64,000 nt of DNA from an uncultured Candidatus Binatia bacterium. Its GTDB lineage: Bacteria > Desulfobacterota > Binatia > UBA9968 > CAXXLF01. Position 1 is the stretch's first letter. Each line of letters starts with the position of its first letter. The notes under the pieces are model-generated. The model ran no database searches. It saw only the letters and a list, made by a program, of their open reading frames with translations, and had not been told where the DNA came from. Positions 40,421-50,172 of this stretch are shown here, one piece after another. Made by a program: the position numbers and the translations under genes. The stretch is from NCBI GenBank assembly GCA_965218425.1, contig OZ244621.1:4064001-4128000 (forward strand). Reading direction: 5' to 3'.

Positions 40421-41185
40421 CTACCATTTCCCCGAGTGAACCGCGTCCACGGCTTTTTGGGTGGTATCGAAAATAAACTGCGCCGCGCTGGGACGATCCG
40501 CTTGATCTAGGGCTCGCGCCTCGTAACCCACCAAAGAATAGCTGACGTAAATCTTTCCGTCGGCCTCAGGACCGGTTTGACCACCAATGACCGGGATCTT
40601 GAGCTCCTTGCAGACCTCGGCGTAGATCTCCGTGGATACGCTGGTCAAATCAATCATAGAGGCGCCAGCATCTTCCAACGCATGGGCCCATTTTAAAATA
40701 TGTTCGCGGTCCGCAGGAGTGCCGTGGAGCCCAGTGCTCGCCGGCCCGGCAGGGAACCCGAGTTGAGGGTAAACGGCAAGGCCCGTCTCGAGGACGGCGC
40801 GGACATCGTCGAACAGTTCCTCCTCCTGCTGGCGGATATCCACCTTGGTCATGTCGGCACCCACTTCGTCCTTGATGCGCCGCGCCGCCTTGGCCACCTC
40901 TGTGGGTCCCCCCTTGCAGGTGGCCGTGGGCAGATCCACGTTCACCACCGCGCGCTGGGCGGCACGCACGACTGCCTTGGCGAAGGGAATCATGTCGTCG
41001 AGGGTGCAGTCGTCCGCGTTCGCCTGTCCCAAGAAACGCCTCCCTAGGCTATCACCTACGGACAGCAGGTCCGCTCCCGCCCTCTCACATATTTGAGCCA
41101 TTTGGAAATCGTGAACGACTGCGGCGGCAATTTTCTTGCCGTCGCGTTTCATCTGCTGCAGGTCTTCCACAGTCAATCTGGCCAT
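40421..41185 (-). CDS. Divergent PanB-like (ketopantoate hydroxymethyltransferase family) protein
   Basis: LSVGDSLG, VDLP, LGF.P, LEDAGA and IPVIG...ADG; GGAGG RBS; several catalytic positions altered. Confidence 0.8.
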   Translation of the reverse strand: MARLTVEDLQQMKRDGKKIAAAVVHDFQMAQICERAGADLLSVGDSLGRRFLGQANADDCTLDDMIPFAKAVVRAAQRAVVNVDLPTATCKGGPTEVAKAARRIKDEVGADMTKVDIRQQEEELFDDVRAVLETGLAVYPQLGFPAGPASTGLHGTPADREHILKWAHALEDAGASMIDLTSVSTEIYAEVCKELKIPVIGGQTGPEADGKIYVSYSLVGYEARALDQADRPSAAQFIFDTTQKAVDAVHSGKW

Positions 41186-41297
41186 GGGGCACACCTCCCT
41201 AGTTTCATTAAATATTTCGTAGGACTTAAATCAAACGGCCCACAAAGCGGACCCCAGTCTAGTCAGGTTCAGGAACACTTGCAAGAAGAACTTGCCT

Positions 41298-41705
41298 GTA
41301 GTGCGAAAAGTGTGGTGAGGTGCGCTGAGAACCCTAATTCTGGTAACGGATTCAGGGTGCTTTTATAGGAACTGTCGTTCCTTCGCTTCAGTGGCCCTTC
41401 GGCGGGAACGCTCATTCATCCATGTGAGGTACGGCTCGGGGGCCTGCCCTTCAGTGAGAGCGATGGGCCTGTGCCTCGGGGCTCCGTCATTTGATCTGGC
41501 ATGCCAATATGGCTTGAACCTCTAATATCGGACGTTTCCCTTTCTTCGGTGCAAGCCCTTGCATCCCCAAGAGGTAAAGCGACGAAGGGGAGTGAGACGG
41601 AAGGCCGTGGGCATCGAACGTACGGCTTCAGACATCCACTGGCCTACTGCCCGCGGCCGGAGGCTCGCTTCCCGATGAGCCATAAAGCTTTTAGAGGTGC
41701 ATGCT
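41298..41705 (-). repeat. Repeat family 1, most complete copy (~400 bp, segments A-B-C-D)
   Basis: Reverse complement is collinear with 45750-46025, 35180-35335, 53323-53395 and 6430-6635. Confidence 0.8.
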
Positions 41706-41722
41706 AGCGCAGGCGCGGTGGG

Positions 41723-42083
41723 TTACAAGGCCAACACCAGTGACCACATGGCAATAGACAGAATAATCGCGATGAACACGGCGGCGGAGCCACAATCATT
41801 TGCCCGTCCCGCCAGCTCCGTACGTTCCGTACCGATTCGATTGACCACGGCTTCGATAGCGGTGTTTGACAATTCCACCGTGACCGCAAGGAGCCAGCTA
41901 CCGATAAGCAACGCATATTCCACACCGTTCTCTCCAAACCAGAAGGCTACCAGTGGAATAACCGACAGCAGGACCAACAGCTCCGGGCGGAAGGCCGGTT
42001 CATTACGGAAAGTGGTACGAAGTCGGCCAGGGAATAGCCGTCGCCCTAAGGAGCCTAAGCAAAGGATTAGCCGTGTTGTTCAC
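41723..42083 (-). pseudogene. dgkA: Diacylglycerol kinase pseudogene (two frameshifts)
   Basis: MNNTANPLLRLLRAT / GYSLA / LRTTFRNEPAFRPE...VELSNTAIEAVVNRIG...AGRANDCGSAAV lie in three different frames. Confidence 0.85.
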
Positions 42084-42144
42084 CTAAGAATTGAGTAACC
42101 GTCCTAGGACCCAGTTCTCACCGAACCAGGAATCCAGCGGAGGG

Positions 42145-43218
42145 TTAGCGCACGGGAGGAAGGGGCCCGCCTCCGGTGATTTGCTTGTAGATCCGCGCGA
42201 TCCTGGGATCCTTGGGGAGCTGCTTTATGGCCTGGTGGATCTCCTCTCCAGTTACCGGGTCAGAAGGTTGGCCAGTCAAATGCCGGTACTCCATTGCAAA
42301 CTCTGGATCCTTCCACACTCTGCGGAAGCCTCCCTGGAGAGCCCTGAGGGCCCCTTCGGGTATCCCCTTGGGTGCCAGGAAATTCGTGCTCCCCGGTTTG
42401 ATGGAGTTGTGAAACCGAATAACGGCTCGTTTCAATTCCGTATCGGCGAAGTCGTCCAGGTGAGGTCTGCGGGGAAATTCTGGAACCCACTCCACTCCTC
42501 GTCCCTTTGTATTTCTCACTACGATTGGAACCGTATAGCCCTTTTTTAATTTCTCAAGCCCATCCCGCCACAAAAAACTGTACACGTTCGTTGTATGCGC
42601 ATCTGCTTCTCCTCGGCTGAGCGCAGTAATGATATCCTGACTACTGTAACCAACGAGAAACTTCGGATCCTTGAGCTCTAGGACGTAGGCAATCAAGCGG
42701 TCCAGGATATACTGTGGATGCCCGATGGTTCTTTGACCAAAGCGCACTCCTTTATAGGCTTTCAGCTTTTCAATGGTATCCAGCCCTAGCTCCGGCCGAA
42801 TCTCCACTGCATAGGGACCTCCCCCGTAGCCAGTGCCAAAGAAAATGAAATCATCCAGACTGAATCGAGCTTCTGGGGCCTTGAACACTACGCTGTAAAA
42901 CATCCCGGTGCCGATATTTGCAATGGTCAGTCCGTCCCGCTTGGCCACATTGGACATGTAATTTGCCGCCGCCGCACCGTCGGCGCCCGGCACGAATTTG
43001 TAAACCACGGTGGGATGACCCGGCAGGAGCTTGCTCAGATGCTGAGCTTCAATCTGCGTACGTAAATGCCCTACTCCCCCTGGTCGGTAAGCCACCACCA
43101 CTACCAGTTGCTTTCCCTCGTAAAAAGGTGCCGCAAGGGCTGAAGGACCACGTCCCAGAAGAACCGACCCTAGAATCACCCATGCTACTGCTGCAATAAT
43201 CCTACTTCGCGCTAGCAT
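42145..43218 (-). CDS. TctC/Bug-like tripartite tricarboxylate transporter substrate-binding protein
   Basis: Signal peptide ending ALA-APFYEGK, Y.PGG, LPGHP, PGA.G and DGLTI, LSRGEAD. Confidence 0.82.
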   Translation of the reverse strand: MLARSRIIAAVAWVILGSVLLGRGPSALAAPFYEGKQLVVVVAYRPGGVGHLRTQIEAQHLSKLLPGHPTVVYKFVPGADGAAAANYMSNVAKRDGLTIANIGTGMFYSVVFKAPEARFSLDDFIFFGTGYGGGPYAVEIRPELGLDTIEKLKAYKGVRFGQRTIGHPQYILDRLIAYVLELKDPKFLVGYSSQDIITALSRGEADAHTTNVYSFLWRDGLEKLKKGYTVPIVVRNTKGRGVEWVPEFPRRPHLDDFADTELKRAVIRFHNSIKPGSTNFLAPKGIPEGALRALQGGFRRVWKDPEFAMEYRHLTGQPSDPVTGEEIHQAIKQLPKDPRIARIYKQITGGGPLPPVR

Positions 43219-43370
43219 GTCCTGTGTCCTTAACCCATGCGCAACGTCTATGCATATTCAAAATTGACGGCGGCCAATTCTCCATTTCCAGAATTTTCCC
43301 CGCGGACTCCTTAATAAATACCCGAATTAAACTCCCTCGTCCAACTGAAACCTTATCTTGCGAATTTCGA

Positions 43371-44561
43371 CTACTCACGACCCCAAAGGCGGCGAGTTGC
43401 GATTTTGGCCCCCTCCACCAACGCATCGAGCTTTGCCCAGATGACACTGGTGGGCATATCTGCGAAGCGTGCAATGCTGGCAAAGCCGCAGTCAACGCCG
43501 CCGATGACGTTCTCGCGCCCAACGATTCCGGCAAAGCGTTCAATCCGCTGAGCTACCAGTTCCGGATGCTCCACAGTGGCTGTGGATTGCGTCACCACAC
43601 CAGGAATAAGCACCGTCTCCTCTGGAAATTTGACCCCTTCCCAGAGTTTCCATTCGTGTTCATGACGTGGATTCGCAGCTTCAAAAGAGTGTGCCCCAGC
43701 GCGGATCTTCACGATCAGATCGATTACATTTTTGAATTCCAGGTCATGGACCCGGGGCCCAAAGGCTACGCTGTAGCAGGTATGAAAGCGGATCCTTTCC
43801 CGGGGAAGGTCGCGAAGGGTGTGATTCAGCAACTCCACGTGCCGCTCTGCCCAACGTCGGTATTCTTCGATAGTCAGATCAGGACTGCGCATGTAATGGG
43901 TCACAAGCTGTGGATCGTCCACCTGCAAAAGAAGTCCCGCCTCGATGATCCCCTTGTACTCCTCGCGCAGCGCATCGGCGATGGCCACCTCATACTCTTG
44001 TGTGGTTCGGTAGTACTCATTGGGCCGACGGTAGGCGATCTGGTTGGGGGAAATGGCGGGTAAAAACGCCTCTTCCACCTGCGTCTGGCTCAGGGCCGCT
44101 TTCAAGTTACTGATATCACGTTGCAGCTGTTTGTGTCCTTTATAGGCAATGGGACCCGTGCACACGGGTTGACGCGGTCGCTGTCCCGCCCTAGGACGCC
44201 GCGCCACCAGTTCCGGCTGGTAGTATTCCGGAAACGCAAGGAACTCTCTAGAGCCCGTCAGGTAGTGGCTGATCTTGTCCACCTCGCTCTCCGCCACCTC
44301 CCGTTGCTCGAATCCTGACATGCGTTCGTCCATGTACAAGATGAAACTCGGTTTGCCCACTTCGCCGTCATTGACCACGTCAAGTCCACAATCAGCTTGC
44401 CGGCGAACCATTTCGGCCACGGCAGCGGGCAACCGGGCATCAAAGGCCTCCTGATCAACGGGCTGCGCCTTCATCTTGGCGCCTAGGGCCTCAAGCATGT
44501 CGTCGGGGCGCGGCAGACTCCCTACATGGGTTGTAAGAATCCTCTCAGTGCTGTGCTTCAC
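43371..44561 (-). CDS. Cobalamin-independent methionine synthase II family (core MetE / epoxyalkane:CoM transferase-like)
   Basis: TTHVGSLPRP, DGE, LQVDDP, HTC, EAAN.RHEHEW, PGVV and DCGF Zn motifs. Confidence 0.9.
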   Translation of the reverse strand: MKHSTERILTTHVGSLPRPDDMLEALGAKMKAQPVDQEAFDARLPAAVAEMVRRQADCGLDVVNDGEVGKPSFILYMDERMSGFEQREVAESEVDKISHYLTGSREFLAFPEYYQPELVARRPRAGQRPRQPVCTGPIAYKGHKQLQRDISNLKAALSQTQVEEAFLPAISPNQIAYRRPNEYYRTTQEYEVAIADALREEYKGIIEAGLLLQVDDPQLVTHYMRSPDLTIEEYRRWAERHVELLNHTLRDLPRERIRFHTCYSVAFGPRVHDLEFKNVIDLIVKIRAGAHSFEAANPRHEHEWKLWEGVKFPEETVLIPGVVTQSTATVEHPELVAQRIERFAGIVGRENVIGGVDCGFASIARFADMPTSVIWAKLDALVEGAKIATRRLWGRE

Positions 44562-44605
44562 TCGAACCCCCAATCTAAAATCGCAGCACCGCTCTCTCGC
44601 TTCGA

Positions 44606-45646
44606 TCAGTCATTCACGATATTGATCTCGGCATCCACGCCATTTTTTCTCAACGCCTCCAGATATTCCTGTTGAATTTCCGGCGGCTCCTCATCAAAGG
44701 GGATCATGTAATGGAGGGGAGTGCGATAGCGGTCCTGGCTGAACTTTGGGCTTCTCCCGCGCATGGCGAAGTGCCGCATGGTTTCGTTGCCGGTATTGAA
44801 GTGACCATGAAACATGAGGTCCCCGGGTGAATAGATGGACCCGGGACGGATCTCGAACCGCCGGCGCGGTTCGTCTTCGCGCCACACCATGGCAAAACCG
44901 GTTCCCTGGGTTACGGTGACAATGGCGCCCGCACCGTGGCGGTGAAAGGTGCTCCTGCTGGCAACGGGAATTTGTTGAATGTGGCAGCCGTATACGGTCC
45001 CCGCCAATCCGAAGCGCATGATGCGTACGCCTTTTCCCTTCATGGGGTATTCATCCAGCGCAAAGGCGTTTACGTCGGGGATAAGGTTCGTTTCCCAACT
45101 GCGGACGGTTAGCTGAACATTATGTTTAAAAAAGTCCGGATCGTTGCTAAAGCGATCGGTGAACTGAGAAGGATTACGAAAAATGAAATCATCGTTATGA
45201 AACAAGTTGATCATATGCGGCAGATTGGTTCCGGCAAGGAATCGAACCGGCTCATCCTTTGAAACGTTGAAGTGCTGATAGGAAACGTTCAAGGGAATGG
45301 CAAAGATAGCACCCGGGCCCCACTCGAAGGTTCGCTTGGAGTTTTCGTCGTGCCACAGGGTGGTCGCTCCTCGACCCCTGGCCACGTAAACCAGAGTTTC
45401 GAACAAATGGCACTGGGGTAACGTCTGGCTGGTGGGAGGAATCTCGCATACATACGCGTCCGTATCGTCCTGTTCCCCCATGTTAAGATAACATCCCAAC
45501 GCTCCCATCCGTTTCCACGGCTTGACTTCCACGGTTTTGAAGTCTTCTAGAAAGTAGCCTCGGATGACCGGAAGGCCTTCCTTGGTCAAAAACGCCTCAT
45601 AGGGCGTCGGACCCAGATCAATTTTATCCCTTATTGGAAGTTTCAT
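44606..45646 (-). CDS. Bicupin protein (gentisate-dioxygenase-like fold)
   Basis: Two cupin units: QCHLFE...YQHFN and FHRHGAG...FHGHFN. Confidence 0.78.
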   Translation of the reverse strand: MKLPIRDKIDLGPTPYEAFLTKEGLPVIRGYFLEDFKTVEVKPWKRMGALGCYLNMGEQDDTDAYVCEIPPTSQTLPQCHLFETLVYVARGRGATTLWHDENSKRTFEWGPGAIFAIPLNVSYQHFNVSKDEPVRFLAGTNLPHMINLFHNDDFIFRNPSQFTDRFSNDPDFFKHNVQLTVRSWETNLIPDVNAFALDEYPMKGKGVRIMRFGLAGTVYGCHIQQIPVASRSTFHRHGAGAIVTVTQGTGFAMVWREDEPRRRFEIRPGSIYSPGDLMFHGHFNTGNETMRHFAMRGRSPKFSQDRYRTPLHYMIPFDEEPPEIQQEYLEALRKNGVDAEINIVND

Positions 45647-45749
45647 ATATGGGATACCTCCTGCTGCGTAATCACGAATCTCAACCTAGACCTAATTCAC
45701 AACCTAGGTCAATAGTAACCTGGCAACTCATCACTAACCGTTTGGAAAG

Positions 45750-46025
45750 CCGCCTCCTTGAACTTTAGCTCGTAGGGCGAGCGAATCTTCAGGGCGCAGG
45801 CAATACGTCTGTGAATATCTGAACCTGAACGTTCAATGCCCACGCCCTTCATCCTCACTCCCCTCGTCGACCTAGGTTGTCGGGTGAAGGGGGCCTGCCG
45901 TGAAGAAAGGGAGGCGTTCGATACTGGCGGCTCTTGCCGATTTGGCATGTCAGATTAAATGACGGGACCCGAGGTATAAACCCATCGGCTCCCGCTCAGC
46001 GGCAGGTCCCTGAGCCCCTTACCAC
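45750..46025 (+). repeat. Repeat family 1, segments A-B-C
   Basis: Collinear with the reverse complement of 41430-41700. Confidence 0.8.
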
Positions 46026-46117
46026 GCGATCCCTGCCGGTTTCTTGCATTAAAATCCGGTTGCTTTTCGACCCTGTCTGCAATAAGGAAGCCTATCAGAC
46101 AAGGAGGATCGCTTGCC

Positions 46118-47752
46118 ATGGCAGAAACTAACCTTTCCGACGTCGTTGCCGAGTATCTCATAGCAAAAAATGTCCGTTACATCTTTGGAGTCCTGGCGCA
46201 TACGTCCTTTGCGCTGGGCGACGCCATAGCCAAACGCCCCCAGCTCCGCTTCATTAACACGCAACACGAAGGGGGCGCCGGAAACCTGGCCCTCGGATAC
46301 GCCCGCGCCACAAAGCAACCGGCCGTTTGTCTGGTTTCGGCAGGCGGCGGAGCCACCAACATCGCCACCGCCGTAGCTCAGGCCCATAAAGAATCCGTTC
46401 CCCTGTTCGTGATATCCTCAGAGATTCACACACCGTCCGCTGCTAAAGGGTACTTTTCCTCCTGGCACGGAATCGAGCATACCAAGTTGTTCCAACCCAT
46501 CACCAAGCAAAGCGTCAAGCTCGAGAGACCGGAAGAGATCGGCAACGTCCTGGACACGCTCTTCAGTCAGACTACAAGAGGGAGGCAGGGTCCCGTTTAT
46601 CTCGGGCTTCCCGCCGACCTGCAGGAGGCAGTGCTACCCGAGCCCGCCCGGTTCTCCGGGGCGGGCGACCTCTTTGCCCCATCCATCGATTCTTCCTCCG
46701 CTGAGTCCGCGGTGGAAATGCTTCTCAAAGCAAGAGCGCCAGTGGTTCTGTGCGGCACAGGCGTCGATTGGTCCGGTGCGGGACAAGAGGTGCGGGAATT
46801 GGCGGAGCTCCTGGCCCTTCCGGTGGCCGTGAGCTACACCGCCAAAGGGGTCTTTCCCGAAAACCATCCCCTGGCCCTGGGATGCCTCGGGGTGGGCGGG
46901 AGACCCTACGCCCGTAAGTTTTTTCACGAGTCCGATCTGATTCTAGCCTTGGGGACAACCTTCAGCGAAGGGACAACCCTACGCTTTAGCCGAGAAGCCA
47001 TTCCTGAGGGGGCAAAGATCATCCACATCGACATAGACCCCCAAGAGCTTGGCAGGAACTATACCACTCAACTGTCAATCCAAGCCGATGCAAAGGCGGC
47101 CCTGCGTACGATCCTCGATGGCATAAAAAGCAAAAAGCCGTCCTCTCCATTCGATGCGAGTAGCGGAAGGGCCCGAGAAGTCCAGGAAGCCAAGCAGGCC
47201 TGGCTAGCCGCCCGTAAAGAACAGGCGGCCGGCCAGGGCATCACTAACGATTCCGTCCTTACCACTTTGAACGAACTCTTAAAGGGTAATGAAACCCTGG
47301 TGGCCTCCGGCATGACGGGTGAGGTGCTCCGTAACATCGACGCGTGCATGCCTATTGTTCACGCAGGCGAGTTTCGCGCCATTGGCACAGCCCTGGCGAC
47401 TTCTCTGGGTGTAAAACTCGGACGGCCGGACGCGCGCGTTGTTTGTGTCACCGGTGATGGATCCTTCATGATGGAACAGCAAGAGCTGGCCACGGCGCGC
47501 CTCCACAACATCCCTGTCCTGGTCCTGGTATTGCGAAACAACGCCTACGGCGGGATGAAACGCGATCAAATCAAGAACCATGGAGGGAGAGTCATCGGCA
47601 CCGATCTCTTCGTTCCCGATCTCGCCCGTCTCGGCCAACTATTTGGCGGCAAAGGTTTTACGGTGACCCGACCGGATGAGGTGAGGCCCGTGCTGCAAAA
47701 GTCCCTTGACTCCGATGAATTCATTGTCGTGGACATCAAAGTGGACCAATGA
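46118..47752 (+). CDS. Thiamine-diphosphate-dependent enzyme (acetolactate-synthase-like family)
   Basis: QHEGGAG, GPVYL.LP.D and GDGSF...N..YG ThDP motif. Confidence 0.9.
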   Translation: MAETNLSDVVAEYLIAKNVRYIFGVLAHTSFALGDAIAKRPQLRFINTQHEGGAGNLALGYARATKQPAVCLVSAGGGATNIATAVAQAHKESVPLFVISSEIHTPSAAKGYFSSWHGIEHTKLFQPITKQSVKLERPEEIGNVLDTLFSQTTRGRQGPVYLGLPADLQEAVLPEPARFSGAGDLFAPSIDSSSAESAVEMLLKARAPVVLCGTGVDWSGAGQEVRELAELLALPVAVSYTAKGVFPENHPLALGCLGVGGRPYARKFFHESDLILALGTTFSEGTTLRFSREAIPEGAKIIHIDIDPQELGRNYTTQLSIQADAKAALRTILDGIKSKKPSSPFDASSGRAREVQEAKQAWLAARKEQAAGQGITNDSVLTTLNELLKGNETLVASGMTGEVLRNIDACMPIVHAGEFRAIGTALATSLGVKLGRPDARVVCVTGDGSFMMEQQELATARLHNIPVLVLVLRNNAYGGMKRDQIKNHGGRVIGTDLFVPDLARLGQLFGGKGFTVTRPDEVRPVLQKSLDSDEFIVVDIKVDQ

Positions 47753-47845
47753 CGCCGCCAAACACACCGTTTCAAAGAACCGCCCAAGACAAAGGCTCGT
47801 GACGCCCACGGAGCTTGTTCGGCACGCGAAGCGAGGAGGAAAATC

Positions 47846-48853
47846 ATGAAAGTCATTGACGCGGATGGTCACATAGAAGAGAGCAATAGGGACATCAAGG
47901 CGTTTCTCCCGCCTCCCTATGACAAGCGCGAAGGCTCTTTGATGCCAGGCCTCGGATTGGATGCCAGGATGGAGGGTCGATTCAAGAAGATCGAAGCCAG
48001 CAACCTATCGATTCGCCTTAAAGACATGAACCGCGAGGGCATTGAGGTTTCCGTGCTCTTTCCCACCTCCAGCTTTGCCTTGAGCAAGGTTTTTGAAAGG
48101 GAATACGCCATCGCCTATGCACGGGCCTATAACGATTTCATTGCAGGATACTGCAAACAAAGCCCCCGGCTCAAGGCTGTGGGTCTTATCCCCTTCCAGG
48201 ACGTCGATGCGGCGGTTCGAGAAACGAACCGGGCCATTACGGAATTGGGTCTGGTGGGCATCACGGTTGCCACCCAAGGGATGAAGGAGCACCTGGGATC
48301 GCAGACCTTCTGGCCGATTTACGACGAGATCCAGCGACTCAACGTTCCCCTCTGCGTGCATAATCGGCGCGAGGGACCTCCAGGAGAAAATCGATTCGAT
48401 AGCTTCCTCTACATGCACACCATCGGCCGCCCAACGGAGAGCGTTCTTCAGTTTGTCGGTCTCGTTTATGGCGGAGTTCCGGAACGCTTTCCAAAACTCC
48501 GCACCGCCTTTCTCGAATGTGGCGTAGGCTGGGTGCCCTATTGGATGGAGCGCATGGACGAGGAATGGGAGAAACGCGGCAAGGCGGAGGCCCCCCTGTG
48601 TAGGCAACTGCCGAGCGAGTATGTGACCAACGGCAACTGGTTCTTCGCCACCGAGCCTGAGGAAAAGATGCTACCCTATGTCCTCGAACGGATCGGTGAC
48701 GACAAGATCGTGTTCGGTTCCGATTATCCCCACTGGGACTCCCTGTTTCCCCGCGTTGTGTCCACCATTCGGGGTCGAACTGACATCTCGGACATGCCAA
48801 AGCAAAAAATCCTGTGCGATAATGCCACGAGACTCTATGGATGGAATAATTAG
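47846..48853 (+). CDS. Amidohydrolase_2 family
   Basis: IDADGHIEE, CVH, FLECGVGW and GSDYPHWD. Confidence 0.88.
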   Translation: MKVIDADGHIEESNRDIKAFLPPPYDKREGSLMPGLGLDARMEGRFKKIEASNLSIRLKDMNREGIEVSVLFPTSSFALSKVFEREYAIAYARAYNDFIAGYCKQSPRLKAVGLIPFQDVDAAVRETNRAITELGLVGITVATQGMKEHLGSQTFWPIYDEIQRLNVPLCVHNRREGPPGENRFDSFLYMHTIGRPTESVLQFVGLVYGGVPERFPKLRTAFLECGVGWVPYWMERMDEEWEKRGKAEAPLCRQLPSEYVTNGNWFFATEPEEKMLPYVLERIGDDKIVFGSDYPHWDSLFPRVVSTIRGRTDISDMPKQKILCDNATRLYGWNN

Positions 48854-48903
48854 CTCGCTTTCCGTCATGATACGAGAAAAAACGCGGAGCAAGAAGAAGT
48901 CAT

Positions 48904-50100
48904 ATGGCCGCAAGTGAACCGATATTGGGTATCGGCGTGATTGGGCTCGGTGGCGCCTCCGTTGCCATGATTCCCAAGCTCGTGAAAAATCCCCACACTC
49001 GTATCGTCGGAGCTGCGGACATCGACCGGGAGATCCTGGATAAGTTTCGCGCGGATTTGCCTGATGCGGAGGCCCACGAAAACGCTGCCGGATTGTGTGA
49101 GAGCCACGACGTGGACCTGGTCTATATTGCGACACCCAACCGATTCCACGCCGAGCACGTCCGCATGGCCCTAGAAAACAAGAAACACGTTCTCATCGAA
49201 AAGCCCATGACCATTGATATTGCCGGGTCGAAGGAGTTGATCGCATCGGCCAAGCGCAATGGTGTGCTCCTGGGTGTGAACGTAAAGCATAGTTTCGAGC
49301 CTCGTGTGCTTCGCTTAAGGGAGATGGTACGTACCGGAGAAATGGGAAAGCTTCGCATGATTCACAGCTGGCGCTTTGTGGACTGGCTGTACCGGCCGCG
49401 TACCCCGGAGGAGTTGACGCCGGAGCCAGGAGGGGGAATCCTGTGGCGCCAGGGACCGCACCAGTTTGACATTATCAGGACCATCGGCGGAGGTATGTTA
49501 CGAAGTTTGCGCGGCAACGTTGATACCTGGGACCCGAATCGGCGGGTACCGGGCGTCTACGCCGCCTACCTCGATTTCGAGGACGGGGCCTTGGCCACAG
49601 CCGTCACCAGCGGATACGATCACTTTGATTCCATCGAGTTCGTTCAACAGGGACCTCCAAGCGATGCGGAAAGCCACGCGAGGGCGCGGCGAGAGCTGCG
49701 TGCCGCCCCCGGCCCACAGTGGGAGGCCCAAGCCGCACGGGAGGAACGCTACGGCGGCGCGCGCAAAAGCGTCCAGCCACGATCCGGAGGACCCTCATTG
49801 GGTTGGATCATGGGCGGGCCTATCATCGCAAGCTTCGATAAAGGAGACGTCCGTTTTACTCCCCGCGGGCTAACGGTTTACGGCGACGAGGAGATCAAGG
49901 AGATCAACCTGGGGGTCAAGGGGGAGGACGGCCGTGACGGTCGGATCAACACTTTCTACGATGCCATTGTGCATGACCGTCCCTTGCCAGCCGACGGCGC
50001 CTGGGGGATGGCGACTCTAGAAGTGCTTTTGGCCATTGAACAGTCCAGCAGGGAGCGAAAGGATGTGCTCCTGTACAACCAAACGCCGACGGTGGAATGA
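48904..50100 (+). CDS. Gfo/Idh/MocA oxidoreductase, cis-dihydrodiol dehydrogenase-like
   Basis: GLGGA, IATP...H, EKPM, DWLYRPR.PEEL, QGPHQFD and SGYDHFDS. Confidence 0.87.
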   Translation: MAASEPILGIGVIGLGGASVAMIPKLVKNPHTRIVGAADIDREILDKFRADLPDAEAHENAAGLCESHDVDLVYIATPNRFHAEHVRMALENKKHVLIEKPMTIDIAGSKELIASAKRNGVLLGVNVKHSFEPRVLRLREMVRTGEMGKLRMIHSWRFVDWLYRPRTPEELTPEPGGGILWRQGPHQFDIIRTIGGGMLRSLRGNVDTWDPNRRVPGVYAAYLDFEDGALATAVTSGYDHFDSIEFVQQGPPSDAESHARARRELRAAPGPQWEAQAAREERYGGARKSVQPRSGGPSLGWIMGGPIIASFDKGDVRFTPRGLTVYGDEEIKEINLGVKGEDGRDGRINTFYDAIVHDRPLPADGAWGMATLEVLLAIEQSSRERKDVLLYNQTPTVE

Positions 50101-50172
50101 ATGCCGGCAAAACAAATATGTTAAAGGATATTTTTTGAATCGCCATTGGATGAAATCCGGGGAGGAAAACCT

